The notes beneath the pieces are model-generated. The model did not search any database. It was not told where the DNA came from and was given only the letters and a program-made list of their open reading frames with translations. Below, piece by piece: positions 62,531-64,000 of a stretch of 64,000 bases of DNA. Positions within the stretch are counted from its first letter, which is position 1. The number at the start of each line of letters is the position of its first letter. Both the position numbers and the translations under genes were made by a program. This DNA is from Felis catus (lineage: Eukaryota): assembly GCF_018350175.1 (NCBI RefSeq), contig NC_058368.1:154072001-154136000 (forward strand). The letters run 5' to 3'.

Positions 62531-64000
62531 TAATTGTTTATAGATAGGTATTTATTGCCATTTTAATACTTGTTTTGTGACTGTTTCTGAAGATTTTCTG
62601 ATTGTTTCTCTCTTTCATGGTTTGCTGGTTTTCTATAATGGTATAATTAGATTTCTTTCTCTGTATTCTTTGTGTACTTATTAGTAGTTATTGATTTGTG
62701 GTTGCCATGCGTTTGTATGTAATGTCTTCTGCATATAGCAGTCTCTATTAAGTTGATGGTCATTTAAGTTTAAACCCATTCTTTACTCAGCTCCTCCCCA
62801 GGTTTTAGGCATATGGTGTCACATTTTACATCCTTTTATTATGTGAGTTCTTGGTTTTTTACAGAAATATTTATTTTTACTGCTTTTGTATTTTTGACCT
62901 ATATACTGTCACTTTTGATCTTTCCACTCAGAGTCCCTTTTAGTATTTCTTACAGGACTGGTTTGGTGATCACAAACTCCTTTAGTTTTTGTTTATCTGA
63001 GAAACTCTATCTCTGTTTCTATTCTGAATGATAAACTTGGTAGACAGAGCATTCTTGGCTGCAGATTTTTCCCATTCAGTGCTTTGAATATATCATGCCA
63101 TTTCTTCTGGTTCAGAAAGTTTCCACTGAAAAATCCCTGATAACTTTATGGGCTTTCCCTTGTATGTTATTATCTTCTGTCTTGCTGCTTTTAATTTTTT
63201 TTTTATTTATCACTGTATTTTGCCAACTTAATTACCATATATCTTGGTGGGATCTGCATTTGTTGAAGTTTTGGGGAACTTGCTGTGCCTCCTGGACCTG
63301 GATATTTATTTCCTACCCCAGATTAGGGACATTTTCAGCTATTATTTCTTCAAATAAATTTTCTGCCCCCAAAAGGGGGAAGAAAGAGAGAAAACTCTCT
63401 TCTGAGACTTGTATACTACCAATGTTACTATATTTGATGGAGTTCCAGAGTTCCCTAAGTCTCTTTTTGAGTTGCATATTTCTTTTTTCTTCTGTCCATC
63501 TTGATTACTTTCCATTACTCTTCCAGGTCTTTAATTCATTCCTCTGCTTCTTATAGCCTGCAGTTAATTTCATCAAGCATGTTTCCAATCTTGTTTATTA
63601 CACTCTCCATCTCTTACTGGTTCTTATTTATCTCTTTAAGGATCTCACTGATGTCTTCCATTCTTTTCTTAAGCCTGTTGAGTGTCCTTATGCTCTATCA
63701 TTGGTTTAAATACTCAGCAAGGCACGTTACTCAAATCTGTTTCACGTAGGTCTCCAGCCATGGCCTTGTCCTGTTCTTACATATAGGAGAAATTTACTGT
63801 ATTCTCATTTTGCCTAAGTCTCTGTGCCTATTTTGTGTTTTTGCAAAGTCAGCTATGTATCCTGTTTTTGATGGTAAAGGCCTTATACAAAATCCTGTAG
63901 TGACCTGTCATGTGGCATCCCCTGTTCCTCAGGGCCTGGCACTTCCAAGAGTGTCTCTAATGTGTGCTGCGTGTTCTCTGCTGTTTTGTCTTGGCCTCTG

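Larger units (their letters stand above)
57075..64000 (-). mobile_element. Near full-length older carnivore L1 (3'UTR, decayed ORF2, ORF1, runs off the window)
   Basis: Fragments [23 protein letters not shown] and AGDLNTLLTTMDRSSKQKINKET. ORF1-like sequence at ~62930-63850. Hosts a microsatellite, two SINEs and a solo LTR. Confidence 0.92.

Noticed and set aside
1..64000. Prokaryotic-type systems (CRISPR, retron, operons) suggested by the RT ORF
   Set aside because: The sequence is mammalian and the RT is canonical LINE-1 ORF2p. No repeat-spacer arrays or operons are present.

Overview
AT-rich mammalian genomic DNA. The tRNA-derived CanSINEs of the feliform (SINEC_Fc) type and the young L1s point to a cat-like carnivore. 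No host protein-coding gene can be identified. Nearly all ORFs in the supplied track are LINE-1 fragments, antisense shadows, SINE translations or microsatellite artefacts. Roughly half of the window is transposon-derived: two young minus-strand L1s, several older nested L1s, about 15 CanSINEs, MaLR/ERV solo LTRs, a MER44 MITE, MIR/L2 relics and a Charlie8-like hAT transposase fossil. The most unusual structure is the L1 at 3623-6908. It is TSD-flanked and internally deleted, so the first ~270 nt of the CpG-rich 5'UTR is joined directly to an uninterrupted 888-codon, endonuclease-less ORF2 (RT + C-terminus), with ORF1 absent. A repeat-poor stretch at ~27-48 kb holds two candidate plus-strand promoter/5'-exon elements (36.8-37.2 kb and 40.5-40.8 kb) of an unidentified gene. 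Repeat subfamily names come from recalled consensus sequences, not from a database search.
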